Shown here: in pieces, positions 22,001 through 34,116 of the stretch
Position numbering within the stretch: the stretch's first letter is position 1
Layout: every line of letters begins with the position of its first letter
NCBI GenBank assembly: GCA_013115125.1
Contig: JABANN010000310.1
Span: 1 to 40,663 of the forward strand
Source of the DNA: Perkinsus olseni
Taxonomy: Eukaryota
Length of the DNA stretch: 40,663 bases
Direction: 5' to 3'
Program-made: the position numbers and the translations under genes
The notes under the pieces: model-generated
Told to the model about the DNA's origin: nothing
Database searches by the model: none
What the model saw: the letters and a program-made list of their open reading frames with translations, nothing else

Positions 22001-25000
22001 CGCAGACGAGACGACGCTGTTATCCCCTACTGCTTCGCTCAGGCATTGGATAAATCCCACCTGTTCAGCGAACCTGTGAATGCAGCCTTCGCTCCCTTGT
22101 ACTTGAGGGTGGTGAAGAAACCTATGAATCTGCGGAAAATGCGACAAAAGGCGGAGGCCCACATGTGAGCACGGACGTCCGTTGTCGTTTCCAGATTCAT
22201 TCTGCGCTCTCTTCCATTTCCCCCTTGCCACTGTCTATCTCGCGATTACCTCTCCCCCGGGCCCTCGACGGGTGGTGGGGTATCGGTGCTTGATGTCAAT
22301 GTTGGAGAGACGCGAGAGAGCAGAACCAGAAATGGACCGGGAATTCCCAAGCATGAAAAAAATGACAGAAATACTCCGGGCGGTCGTTCGATGATCGTCT
22401 CCAGCTTTTCGCGGTAGCCTTTTTTTCAGGTATCCGTCGGTTAGAGACTTCGTGGACGATTTTGATCAAATCATTGCAAATGCCAAGCTATTCAACATGC
22501 CCAACACGCAGACTTACAAGATTGCAGAACAATTTGAGAAGAACGGTCGACTGGTGCTGGAGCGGTACCTCCTCAAGGTTGCGGGGGCGGCAGGAGTGGC
22601 GAAGATCGTCAATGAATCGGTAACTCTGGTTTGCTCTCGGTTTAGCGTTGAACGGCGCAGCTACTGCATAGGCCTTCGACGGGTCACTGCGAGAAGGCAA
22701 CTGGCCGGCGTCCAGGCCAACAAAATTCTCATCTTGTTTCAGCCATTTTCGCCGGCAATTCCCGCTGACGTTGCATCGATTGAAGGATCTGACAGATCCG
22801 CCCGGACGCGGAGGTCGACAAGAATTTCTGTTAAACCCAAGACTGACGGCCCCTCCCCGTAGGTCTCTTCCTGTGTCGGTTCGCTCATCTCCGTCTATGT
22901 GAGGTATAAGCAGCGGTTGAAGAAGGCCCCTAGGAAGGCGTCCTCAGCCGTGTCGAGGTTGCTGGCATCGTCGCCTAGTATATCTCCGATATCCTTAATC
23001 ATCACAGATCCTAGGATACTCGACCTGGTGGCACTGGTACCGCTGGTAGGCTCTGAGTGCTCTCAACTCGGCAGGAACTCATCACGGTTGTTCAGTTGTC
23101 CTCCTCGGTTCCACCATCACCTCTGGCGTATCCCTGCGGAGCTCTTGTTGCACCTAACTTCCTTGTCCCATGCACGGGTGAAAGATACTCCTACTCCGGT
23201 CCGTTCTAGTGCTCCTGCAGATATAACGGTCTTCACTCGTCCCCGCCAAGTGGCTCACGGCAAAGGATCTGTTCTCTCGCCCCAAGTAGCACGTCCGTCC
23301 AGCCATGCATCTGCGGCCATACCATCTTTCCCAGGATTCACTACTAGTTCACGGTCGATGGCTCCTATTCGAGTGCTGTGCTATTTGTGGGTCCTTCGGA
23401 GACGCCTGCAGTATGATAGAATGCTCCTGTTGCTCTGACGCTGTACATTACTACTGTGCCGGCCTCATCAGTACGCAACCTTCTCGGAAGGCTCGTTGGG
23501 AGCCCCCCGCCGTCCTCGAGCAGGTTTGCCGTTCAAGAAGGGCTATCATTGCCCTGGCTGCAACCGCTGTCCATATTGCGCTCAAGTCTGCAGCAAGTCC
23601 CTCAGCAATGACCCTTCTGAGCTCACCGCCCCAAGGTACGTCGCCGGGGCAGGGGTTCGGCGGGGCTGAGTGCATCATTTCAGAATGATGTGTGTGAAGT
23701 GTGGTATCATCTGGCATAGTAAATGCAGAGACAGATGGTTGAAGAAGACAGCGGCGTCGTCGCCCGATGGAAAGCGAGATAAGCTGGGCGATTGGGTGAG
23801 CTACTGCGGTTACTGTTCTGAAAGACATCCTCCGCCCTGCAGCTATGGGACGACAAATTCATCATGTGCGACCAGTGTGCTGCCGAGCAGTACAAGGTGG
23901 CCTTTAACGCCTCTCGTCGTTGTCTAGCGTGCAACAACACTATCATCGACGGCACCGCCCCCAATAAAACCTGCAGCTCCAAAATGTAGGCTGGGCTACT
24001 CGGGCTTGTCTTCCGCATTTTCTCGCAAAGCCAGGAGCGGCAGAATCCGCACGAGCTCAGATCAATAGCCGTGGTTGACCTATACCGCTCCTTCCCCAGA
24101 TCGTGTGTCCTGTGTGGTGGCAAGTGGCATAGCAAGTGCATTCCGGAGTTCCGCGACCTCTCCGCGATATCGATACCGGACTACATCTGCTGCCAATGTC
24201 TAGCCCATACACCAATGGAGGGGCTGGGTGGGCAGCACAACCCTGCTGACCAGTCCCCAACAACTGCGGCCTCGGACACTGAGATGGCTGTAAGCACAGG
24301 GCGTGATGCTCGGTCAGTCGGCGTTTACGCATGCCGGTAACGGCAGTGCCATTACCTATGTTCTCCTCGCGAGCCACCTGTGACCCTCTCCATCTCCTTC
24401 CGTCAGCCCTTGTTATTGCTTTCGCGAGTGATTGTCTCTTCAGAGGAGCTTAGCGTCAGAGCTGGTAAGCATGCGCAACCGGCACGCAGCATGCGCGGAG
24501 CGGTCCCGAATGCTGGACGCCTTGGCGGGTCGACACAACAGCGGCCTGTTGAAGAAGCTGCCGAAGCACTTGGAGCCCGCCCTGCAGCAGACGATGGCGT
24601 TGGCTGGTGAGATTCCTCCGGAGTCTTCCAAGCTCTGCTGTATCATGTAGGGGCATCCGTGGGGAGTACGGCGACTGGAAGCACACCGCCCATCATCGGT
24701 GCTGATTCGGAAGATTGGCTAGTACGAACGATGGGGCAGGACATATTTCTGCCGAGAAGGAGCGTGAAGGTTCCAGGCCAGGTGGGGGGCCCTCAGGGTC
24801 GCGTTGCTTTTGGAGCCCTCGGTAGCTCCAAGTGGTGGTTTGCTAGGCGTCACCGACTGTGTCGACCCCCCAAGATGCTCTGATAGCCCAGCGGCTTTTG
24901 GCTGCAAGGGACATCCTGCAGTGGATCGACACCCAGGATCTCTCTGCCGGCGGAGCAGGATCATCTGGCAGCGCTGACGGTTCGCCGGTGGACTCAAGCC

Positions 25001-28000
25001 CTACTTTAGTGCGACCTGATGTGACTGAGGAACCACGGGTAGGCAGCAACGCGGTTACCATTGGGAAGGTCCGCCCACCCTAGGCCCTCTGCCAGAGATC
25101 TTGGTGGCTGCACCAGGGAGTTGACCCTGGCTTGCTGCTGCTAAGGATTATACACAAGACGCTCACGGCCCTGGGGAAGGGATACATTGGAGCCTTCGTA
25201 GTGGTCTTCATCATAACGATGGATGTTCCCAACCTCGGTCTCAGAGCCCAGCCCGCTATCCGGTCACTGGGATGGTGATACCCAAGAACAGTGTCTCGAT
25301 ACCCGTCTGGGAGTGAGAAGGGCTCGTCTTTGCTATCGAGGTCATTGGGCTGTCCTTCTCAGCGAGCGGCGATGCTCTCTCTGCGGAACCCCCTCTGACA
25401 CCCTGTCAATGGGCCGGCTCATCCCGTGGTTGGACGGTCAGTGGGTGCATGCCCTCTGTGCGCAGTTCACCGTCAAGGGCCTCACCGTCACCTTCCCAGG
25501 GGTAAGCAGGCATCGCCTCACGTGCCTTTACGTGTCTGTCAGTTGTTACCAACGGACCTTACAGCCTCGCCGGTAGAGCTGCCTCGAAGGGAGCCGGAGT
25601 CCGGCGCTACTTCAGCCCACGCACTGCCGCAATATGCTAGGCTCAGCAGGTGACGGCAACCTACGCCTTAGTATAGTCTTTCCTGAGGCCCCGCCGGGCA
25701 GCGGACATTTTTCGGTGACCCTCGGCCGCTCGCCGGTAGCCAGCTCACGTTCCAGGTACGTTTCCTGTCGCGTGGATGTGGTCGACTTCCCGACGAGTCT
25801 GGGGGCGAGCGCTAAGCACACCTGCCCGCTATGTCGAGGCACAGGGGCGTACGTATCCTGTTTGTGTGGTCGTCATCACTACCACCTTCCCTGCCTCCTC
25901 ACAGCCGAGGGGGGCCCAGCAATGGACTTGGCCTTACGTGAGCTCTCGACGGTTGTCGTCCTAGCAGCCATACTTCTGTCCTCAGGGGTCGTCTACTGCG
26001 GGGCCATCCTGGCCTGCCGCGCCCCTGCTTACGGTCGTAGCAGCCAGAAGGCTCCACATGCAAGCGAGTTGGTCTCACAACTCCACAGATGCGCAGTGAC
26101 GCTGATCCCCGTTCTCCCACCGGATCAGGAGAAGTTGTTCAGTGATGAGTGCGCGGCGATCGCCTTGGGGTGAGCTCGGACGAATTCGATAGAACGGCGG
26201 CCAGGCGTCTCTTTGTAGACCCCCGCCGCACTTACAGAAAGTGCTGCCAGCTCTGACGCCCTCTGCCTGCATTCTGGCAACCATCGGCTTGCTCCATCCC
26301 TTCCAAGTCCCCAGGTTCCGCATGGACGACGGCTTACCGATATGCGAGAACTCAGCGGTGGGAGTCTAGTTGTTGATGAGGGGTTGCCCGATTCGAATGG
26401 CAGGGCGGAGTTGGCGCAGGTACGCTCAGGAGGCCTTAGTATCGTCCGACTCGGCACCATCGACAGTCGGGACCAACTCGAGCAGCCCAACGGTTTCGTG
26501 GCTATCCGGTAAGTTGGGCTGCCTCGTCCCCGCCTTGTTATTGCTTCATTGAGCGCAGGCTCTTCTGGTCGGTGGAGCCAACTCGGAGACGGTCGGCTTA
26601 CGTTTGTACGATCGATTATGACGACAACGGTGATCGAGTCGTTACCGTGCGGATAGCAACTGGCGGTGAGCTCTCTTCGACCTCTATCATCTCATGGTTA
26701 CCCTCAGGTGTAGTAGCCGCCGCGGATTCGGTGGATGCTGCTTGGCGACAGCTGGTTGAGCAGCTCTCCTTGGAAAGACGTCAGCAAGCCTTCAGAGACT
26801 TTACGGCCCAGTGGTTCTTCGGATTGATGTCGCCGGTCGTCGTAGCCCATCTGCGTGAGGCCCGGAGAGCGTTTGCAAGACGGAAGATAATGCAGGAGGT
26901 GAGTGCGGAGACTCCTTGTCGGCGTGGGATGTTCGCGAAATGTGGTATCATTTTGGTCAGGCATCTCTATGGATGGATCATCCGGGAGCGCGGGCGCAGC
27001 TCTTAACAGGCCTACTCGGACCAGGCAACGACTCCTGCGGGCCGGTCGAGAGCGTTAAGTTCAAATCCGGCTGGGAGCAGCCTTCTCAGCCTGACATGCG
27101 GGAGCTTGGCGTCATCCGCACGCAAGAGCGTGGGATATCCCCTCTTCTGATAGGACAGCGGAGCGCTCACTACAAGTTCCTCCTCGATCCATCGAACTGT
27201 CCTGTGGAGAGCTCGACGGGCAACAACCAAATTACAGGAGAGTACAACCAGGCCCTGAAGTCAGCACGCGCTAGAACGCATTGGCCGGAAGGACCCTCGT
27301 CGTCGCCGACTCTGACGGCGCTGTACCGCATAAGAGCGCAGACGGACGACAGTGAAGTGCTCGAAGTGAAGCGATCCAGGATCCACAATTATGGCCTGTT
27401 TGCGAAAGTTCGATTTGCGAAGGGCGATATGGTGGTGGAGTACGCGGGAGAGATCGTCAGGTGAGCAAAACCGTCGGGTCGGTCTATGCTTGCTGGTGAC
27501 TTTTGACGTGATCGTTTCGGGTTTGATAGAGCCATCGCCTGGTAAGTCATCGGCGACCGTTCGTGCGAAAATGCCGAATGCAACAACTGCACTGGGCTTG
27601 AAGAATCTTTGAGCTGATGCTGTCCTAGATGATCTTGGGATGAGTTGGGTGTTCAGGCACTCGGTCGCAGACTGTCGAGAGCGCTACTATGAGGAGGAAA
27701 TGTTGATGGGCCAGTGCTGCTATATGTTCCGATTAGACGAGCATTACGTAGTGGATGCGACCCTGAGAGGGAACACAGCCCGGTTCATCAACCACTCGTG
27801 TAACCCTAATTGCGTTTGCCGGGTGAGTCCACGTTCGGAACGAGTGCTGGGACGGAGCATGCAGGGTGGTTGCAGGTTGTGGAGGACCCCGTGCCGTTGG
27901 CCAGTGAAGACGATGCTTCTTTCAGAGGGGTCGTTAGAGCTTCTCACAAGAAGCACATCATGATAGTTGCTAAGAATGATATCAGGGCTGGGGAAGAGAT

Positions 28001-28085
28001 CACCTACGACTACCAGTTTGCCGTTGAGTCGGAGAAGCTCGCATGTAAATGCGGCGCGCCAAATTGTCTCGGTAGACTGAATTAA
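19055..28085 (+). CDS. Trithorax/MLL/SET1-like histone H3K4 methyltransferase (many exons)
   Basis: Several PHD fingers (MVQCDGCEFWVHAKC...CPIC; CAIC...CSCCSDAVHYYC), a bromodomain (LFSEPVN..YLRVVKKPMNL...DFDQIIANAKLFN), an extended PHD (CSLC...GRLIP...WVHALCA), FYRN (GFVAIR|LFWSVEP) and FYRC (WFFGL), SET (RSRIHNYGLF, EYAGE, ARFINHSCNPNC, EITYDY) and post-SET CKCGAPNC. The start at 19055 is approximate. Confidence 0.9.
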
Positions 28086-30247
28086 TAATAGCTTTTCATC
28101 TCGCATGAAGGTGTCGAGTTGAGTGGCCATTTATCCTCGAGATGCTAGGCCTCTCAATGAAGCTTTCGGCCGCCTGAGCCCCCGTGATGTCGGAAACGAC
28201 GGTGAGCCACTGCTCGCCATCTCTCTAAGAGATTCTCTTTGCGTATACGGTGATGGAGATCTTTGATCTTTAGATCTTTCTTTGATGGAGAACTATGCGC
28301 AGAAGAATAAACTCGCTGCATTAAGTGCTACAATGAAGGTACTCCGATACTTGTAAAGTACAAGTTGTAATGATGCTGGTAGTGTTCCCCCGACGGGGGA
28401 CCCCCGTGAACTATCCGTCGCCTAAGGCTTGTTGAACAACCCTTGTTGGCCTCTTCATTCCATTTCGCTGTCCGACCAGTCTCTGTAATACAGAGTCTGT
28501 ATGGCATACAGAGGCTGCTCAGACCGCGAGACCAGCACACAGGGTATGCACTTCCTTTTCGACCTCTTTAAAAGGCTATTTTGCCGTTAAAACTGGCCAA
28601 ACACCACATCTATTTGAGCTGTGGGCGTTCGGTCTCGCTTAACCTGAGTAAGAGTGTGTCTTAGAGATTGCTTCGATACCGAGCTTGAGGATATGGTTGA
28701 TCGAGGGACGCCCGTGCTGTGACTGGCACCGACCTTAGCCCGATCGCTCTTTGGTTCGACTTCGTTATACGAGTCACATTGGTCTAGGTTACTGGACTTT
28801 CTGGAGTGCCCGCCCGGCCAACGGTGCAAGCGTACTTAGCACATCGATGATCAACTACCTTGTCTTCGCTGACTGCTGTGTCACAGTATTCCTGGTCGCG
28901 AGCCTCGCGACGCGAGGAGCCCCACTGCAACTTGAAAGGCTGAACGATGCCGTATGGAACTATGCCGCTAATTTCGCATGCCACTTAGTCGTTGTTGATT
29001 GATCAGTGAATGCATTATGCGCTTTTTCCCCATGCTACTCACTAAGGTCTTTAGTCTAAGGATGTGTTCTTCGTCCCTTGCTGTCGACACCTCCTTGTCG
29101 GCATGCTTGGTTCATTGGTCATGATTGTATGCCACGATTATCCGGAGATTGTGGTCGCTCTTATTGCAGTATTCGTCAATCGTCGAGTATATAGTCTGTG
29201 AAGACATTTATTTCTCTCAGCGTGGTTCAGAGTCTGAACTTCAGACTAAGAGGGGGAAGTGTAGGGATCATGCCCTCCGTGCTTGCCCTCATAATCGTTA
29301 TCGTCTGACTACTTGTAGTTCGCTCTTCAAGCACGCCATACATACTTGAGATACTCAAGTATGTACCGCTCATGGCGTCAACTATGATTCAAGCACGGTC
29401 CTTGCGACCTACTCTAGAATTGAATTCTTCTTTTTCTCTTCCCACTTGGCTGCCCTTCTGCGAAGGTCTGCCCTGACACAGTCACTGTGTCACACCGAAT
29501 TTCAATCCTGTCCAAGCACCCTCGCTGACGCCGTTGCCCTCTTATGGACAGTATGGACGGAAGTGAGTGTATACAGAAACTTGGTCATGACGGAGACCTT
29601 GGCTTCCGACTGCGCCAATACGATGATCGTATTACGATTTCCGGGAGACGATCTCCCGGAGATCATCCCCACCGCGTGTGGTCTATGTGATGAGCCCGAA
29701 GACTGTTTCATGGATAAGCGGCTTCCCTCTCGTATCGGGGTGCGCATCTCTGCGGCTACTGGTGTCTCAACCGGTGATCGACGTCCCCGCCGTTGCTGGT
29801 CCTCTGGTAGGGTCTGTGGCGTGCGCAAGTCCGGCGCACTGGATAACCTATGGAACGGCTCCGAAACGGCTGGCTGTAAAACTGTCCGAGTTGACGAGAC
29901 TCAATTTGAAGATCTTCAAATCTCATGGCATGTTTCGAGACTCCCGAGACTTGCGAGTCTCGGGCAGCCGCAGCCTGGTAACGGATGCTGCGGAACTCCG
30001 CGAAGGACATGACACTGGGTATCTTTATATTTATTCATAATTTTAGTATATATTTAGTTATTAGATACACAGTTTTAATATAATCCCAATACTTTATCTA
30101 ACTAATACTGAATATAAGGCTGCGATACCAGCTTCAAAGTCACCGATCTTGGTCAAGACGCTTGACTCAAGAGATCCCTTCTTTCGCTGCTAGGTCGGCC
30201 AAAAGTTGCTTCGTATCATGATGGTACTATCATTTTTATCATCGAAG

Positions 30248-30415
30248 ACGTTGTTGAGGGTCCCCCCGTGAGACCCTCACGGGTGTGAGAGGGTCTCAGG
30301 CTGCCTCACCAACCGCCTCAGGCTGCGGCGGTTGGTGACAAGGTCTTGACCGGCGCGAGGGAGATCGGCCTGCTGAGCAGGCCCTGCTCCTCTGGTGTCG
30401 CCATATTAACAACGT
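30248..30415. other. GC-rich multi-hairpin element bounded by 10-bp inverted repeats
   Basis: Ends ACGTTGTTGA / TTAACAACGT. Internal perfect inverted repeats of 8, 8, 10, 12 and 8 bp. Function unknown. Confidence 0.6.
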
Positions 30416-31438
30416 GTAGACAAGTGTTCGGGTGCAAAACTGAGTTAAAGCGGAATTAATGTCACCACTATATTAGATCAGAATCAATGTCAACCTCATA
30501 AATAAAGCAGAACTCGGCAGTTAGTGCGCATCAATCCTCAAGACTAGCGAATACGCGCGCAGATATGCGCGCGGAAGCTCTCATCCAGAGCAGCATCCCT
30601 GCGTACATTCTCTTGTGTCCAACATTGTCCAGGGGGAGCGGAGAAAGAGGTTTTTCAGCTTTACTTCGTACTCCTTGATGTCAAGTATTCTTCTATGACC
30701 GTCATTCCCATTTTGCGCACGTGTGGAGTAGGTAGGACTCTTACCAGGGGAGCGAGAGAACTCCTTACACTCGATTTGTGCGTGCCATGCAGTACAACTC
30801 CGCCGCTAGTCGTCGAGGCAGCACAGTGATCTAATGAGAAAGTGACGTTTTACAAGTCAGGCGTAACTCAGGGCAACGAAGTACTCATCTTCAGTGTCCT
30901 CAGTGCTCGGACACTCAACTTGAGTGACTCAAGTAGTTACCTAACTGCCGACTCAGCCAGAAAATTACCCCTAATCCCCTTCTAAGAGAATTCCAGATTA
31001 GTTGCCTCAGGAAATTCACCTGGGCTACCATGTCACGACACCTGTGGACAAGAACGTATGACACGTAACAGGACATGAGTCACGTCGTGTGGGGTGGAGG
31101 AAAATCGCTGAATGCGGAAAAAGTCCCGGGATGCCGCGTCTGACCTGGCGGGTCACTGACCCGGGGTCAGCATGGATTCGCCGGAGGCGGTTGTCGTTTT
31201 CGTTGGCTGAGCTGGAACTGGAAGACGAGATGCGTCGAATTGGGACAACGAGAGAGACCTGGGCTTGCCGGGAGGAAGTCAAGTCAATCCAAGGTGAGAA
31301 CCTTGGAAGTTGCCAACTGTGCTGCACGAGAATACCTCACTGGAGCGCAAGACATTTCACCTCATCAAAATCAACATTACCGTGTAACATTAACATCGTC
31401 GTTATCTTGTAAAAATGAAAGTCACTGATGAAAAGGTA

Positions 31439-32874
31439 TTAGGCTGCTCCGGGAAAATCAATTGACGGTGACAACGCAGGTCGCAAACTTCGCTTCATCT
31501 CACGGTATGAATTCTCGGACGGTGACCGAATAGGAATGTAGGACTTCACTTCCTCATTCCACTCTGAGGCGACGGCGAGGATCAACGTCTCAGCGAAAGC
31601 CATTTGGATATTGTCGGTGTCATCCTCATCTACGAGAATATCCCAGTCATCCTGCTCAGCTTTGGCTCTAATGGTGGCATCACTTAGAAGCTCTCTAACA
31701 ACCTCCAATACAATCACATCCCAATATTTATTGAACATCCCCTCTTTTGAATACGTGGCAGTTTGCAAGGCAGACCTCACAAGATTAAGACCCGCGGTGG
31801 AGAGTGGTATCCTGATAGTGACGAGGTCTTCCTACTATTGGATGCTCGGTTGCCTTACTCAGGGGCCTTCATCGATACTGGGACCGTGAATATCATGGTT
31901 TGCATGACAGCATGGTTGTACGTTGAACTCCAGATTGCTGAAAACATCGATATGGGCAGTTCCTGAGGATGAGCAGCTACGCTAAACTGAAATGCACTCA
32001 TACCAAGGCTGAACCCACCCAGTTCGGTGCAAGCACATCCTGATTGTAAACAACCTCGGTGTGAGATTTTTCGATCGTCTCGTAGTAGAGCATGTGATGA
32101 TAGATGATAAGGGGCGACGTGGCTTCGGGATTCTCATCGAACTTTTTATCCAGTTTCCGTTCGTCGTCGTAAATCTCGTGAACTTTGCCTTGCCTCAGCA
32201 TATTTTTTGCACCTTCCACGATGCTTGCTTGACAGTTGGCCTCGCTTCCTAGGAGGTACCCCTGCGACATGTCGAAAACCAATTTTCCAGGACTGAACTG
32301 ATAGCGCAGTCTCGAGAAATTTCCCACAAGAGTCTCCTCCCTGAAAGCAAATCAGGTGAGGTCAGAAAGTGATCGTTCTGTGCCGCCCGACTTGCCTGGA
32401 CTGAACCGAAACTTGATCTACAAAGTAGTACCCTGACATGTGGTCGTATTCTGCAGTCACAGACGCCCAACGCTGAAAACAGCGAGAGGAAGAGAGAAGG
32501 TATCCAACGTGTGGATTGAACCAAGATGGGAACTCGATGGTGACGATTGATTCTTGCGATGGTTGAAATGTTGCCACCGGATAAGTGGTCTCATCTTGCC
32601 TTACAGGTATGAGCTTAGCACCAAGAAGTTGAAAACTCATATATTGGCCTTCCTCTTCTGTGTAATTCGCAGTAAGGGTGCAGCTTCGCGGCCGCTCAAC
32701 GGGGTTGGTGGGCGACAGGCTGGCCTGTCCATCGAAGGAAAGGGTGAAGAGCGCAAGAATTGTAAGATTCTCGAGGCTCATGCTCACGAAAAGGCTCACC
32801 GTGTTAGAAGCACTTGCAGCTCCCGTTGTAGGAGGAAGTGCAGCAGCAATCAAGCCGATGTTGACGACGCGCAT
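31439..32874 (-). CDS. Lineage-specific putative secreted protein (4 exons)
   Basis: N-terminal hydrophobic leader MRVVNIGLIAAALPPTTGAAS. Introns 32395-32341 (GC-AG), 32003-31963 and a ~47-bp intron near 31858-31812 join the ORF pieces in frame. No recognisable domain. Confidence 0.7.
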
Positions 32875-33407
32875 TTGGAATAAACGAAGTGCGGTAACCG
32901 TGTTCGGAGAACTCGAGGAAGGAAATCTGAAGCGGGGCCGGGGCTGAAACGCTCTCGAAACGGGGCCTCATAGCATCGGAGAAAAGTACTTTTGGCTTTT
33001 GGGGGTACCCGACTTGACGCTGCTCAGAGTCACCGAGCTTTCTCAACCGGAATTTCGCATCGCTCAATTTTCTAGCGATTCTTGCATTTTGCAATAGTTA
33101 TTGATAAGTTGCATTCCGTGCATTGTGCAGCACGTTTCGTTCGAGCATGCCTGATTCTTGCGTCGCGCTCGAGCACAAGCAGCAACTCGAGGGAGCACAC
33201 AGCCAAACTATGCAGTCGTCTACTAATAACTCTGCTAAGGTAAGCTGCTACATTACTGAGGGTCCTAATGAAGCAGCATCATGACGAGGACGCCATGACT
33301 TCGGTGTGCTTTGCCTCGCTGGCCGCTGGCAGTAGTCCATGAGAAGGAGCTCCATGATAAGCTAAAAGCTTCTCTCAAAGCAATTCCGATAGCAAATCAA
33401 GTAGGAC

Positions 33408-33883
33408 TTACATGCAGTTTATAGTGGTGAAATCCATGTTCCCCACCGTGCTTCGTAGCCCCTGATTGCCGATGCTACGGGAGCGGAAGACCAATATGCG
33501 GTTTTGCGACGGTATGATCTCGTCAAGGCTGATTCTCTGCCTCCAGGTTGGAAACTCGACCTTGGTGGCCTCGTCAGTGCTTGCATGAACGACGTTGTAT
33601 ACGTCTGAGCCCATGATCAAGTATTCGCCCTTCTCTTTCGAGTAATTTGGCCGTACGCTACCCTTCTCGTACATCAGAGCTGGCCGCATCTGGCAACCGT
33701 CTCCTCCTAACGCGACCCTCGGAACGATTCAATTCTCTTACGGCAGGAGGTAGGAGTCCTACCCAACCCAGCACATGCACTGGCACCTACTGTGAACGTC
33801 CGCTGCGTCGCTCGCACAGCGGCCGTGGAGCTGTCAATGAGCCTCCCTCGGGATATGTATAATCTGCTGAATGCTGAGCTCAT
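33408..33883 (-). CDS. Small (~124 aa) predicted mitochondrial protein (2 exons; intron 33790-33690)
   Basis: Exon 1 MSSAFSRLYISRGRLIDSSTAAVRATQRTFT is Arg/Ser-rich and presequence-like. It splices in phase 0 via GT-AG to MRPALMYEKG...TINCM. Confidence 0.7.
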
Positions 33884-34116
33884 CGGAGGGCGTGAGGCTC
33901 TTCAGAGTCCTCGGCTTGAAGGATTCTGCCGCGTTCTCCCTGTTGGGGTGGGAGGAGGTTAGTAAACTCGGATGGACCTACCGCCCTCCCCCTCAGACAC
34001 ACGCAAACCCGTTGGCAAGCGCAATCCAACTTCGACTTTTTCCAACTAGGAACCCCGGGAAGCTATCAGAAACCGAATTCGGCGGAAACGCGGATGAATT
34101 ATGAAAAGTCTTGCGG

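Noticed and set aside
28257-28279. GATCTTT x3 micro-repeat
   Set aside because: Too short to interpret and likely slippage.
28328-30040. Short ORFs downstream of the SET gene, including 29446-30012
   Set aside because: Mostly non-ATG starts, no motifs and no consistent splice pattern.
30141-30157. Possible spliced-leader relic (ACCGATCTTGGTCAAG)
   Set aside because: It needs several deletions to match the Perkinsus/dinoflagellate SL as I recall it, and no GT donor or Sm-like site follows.
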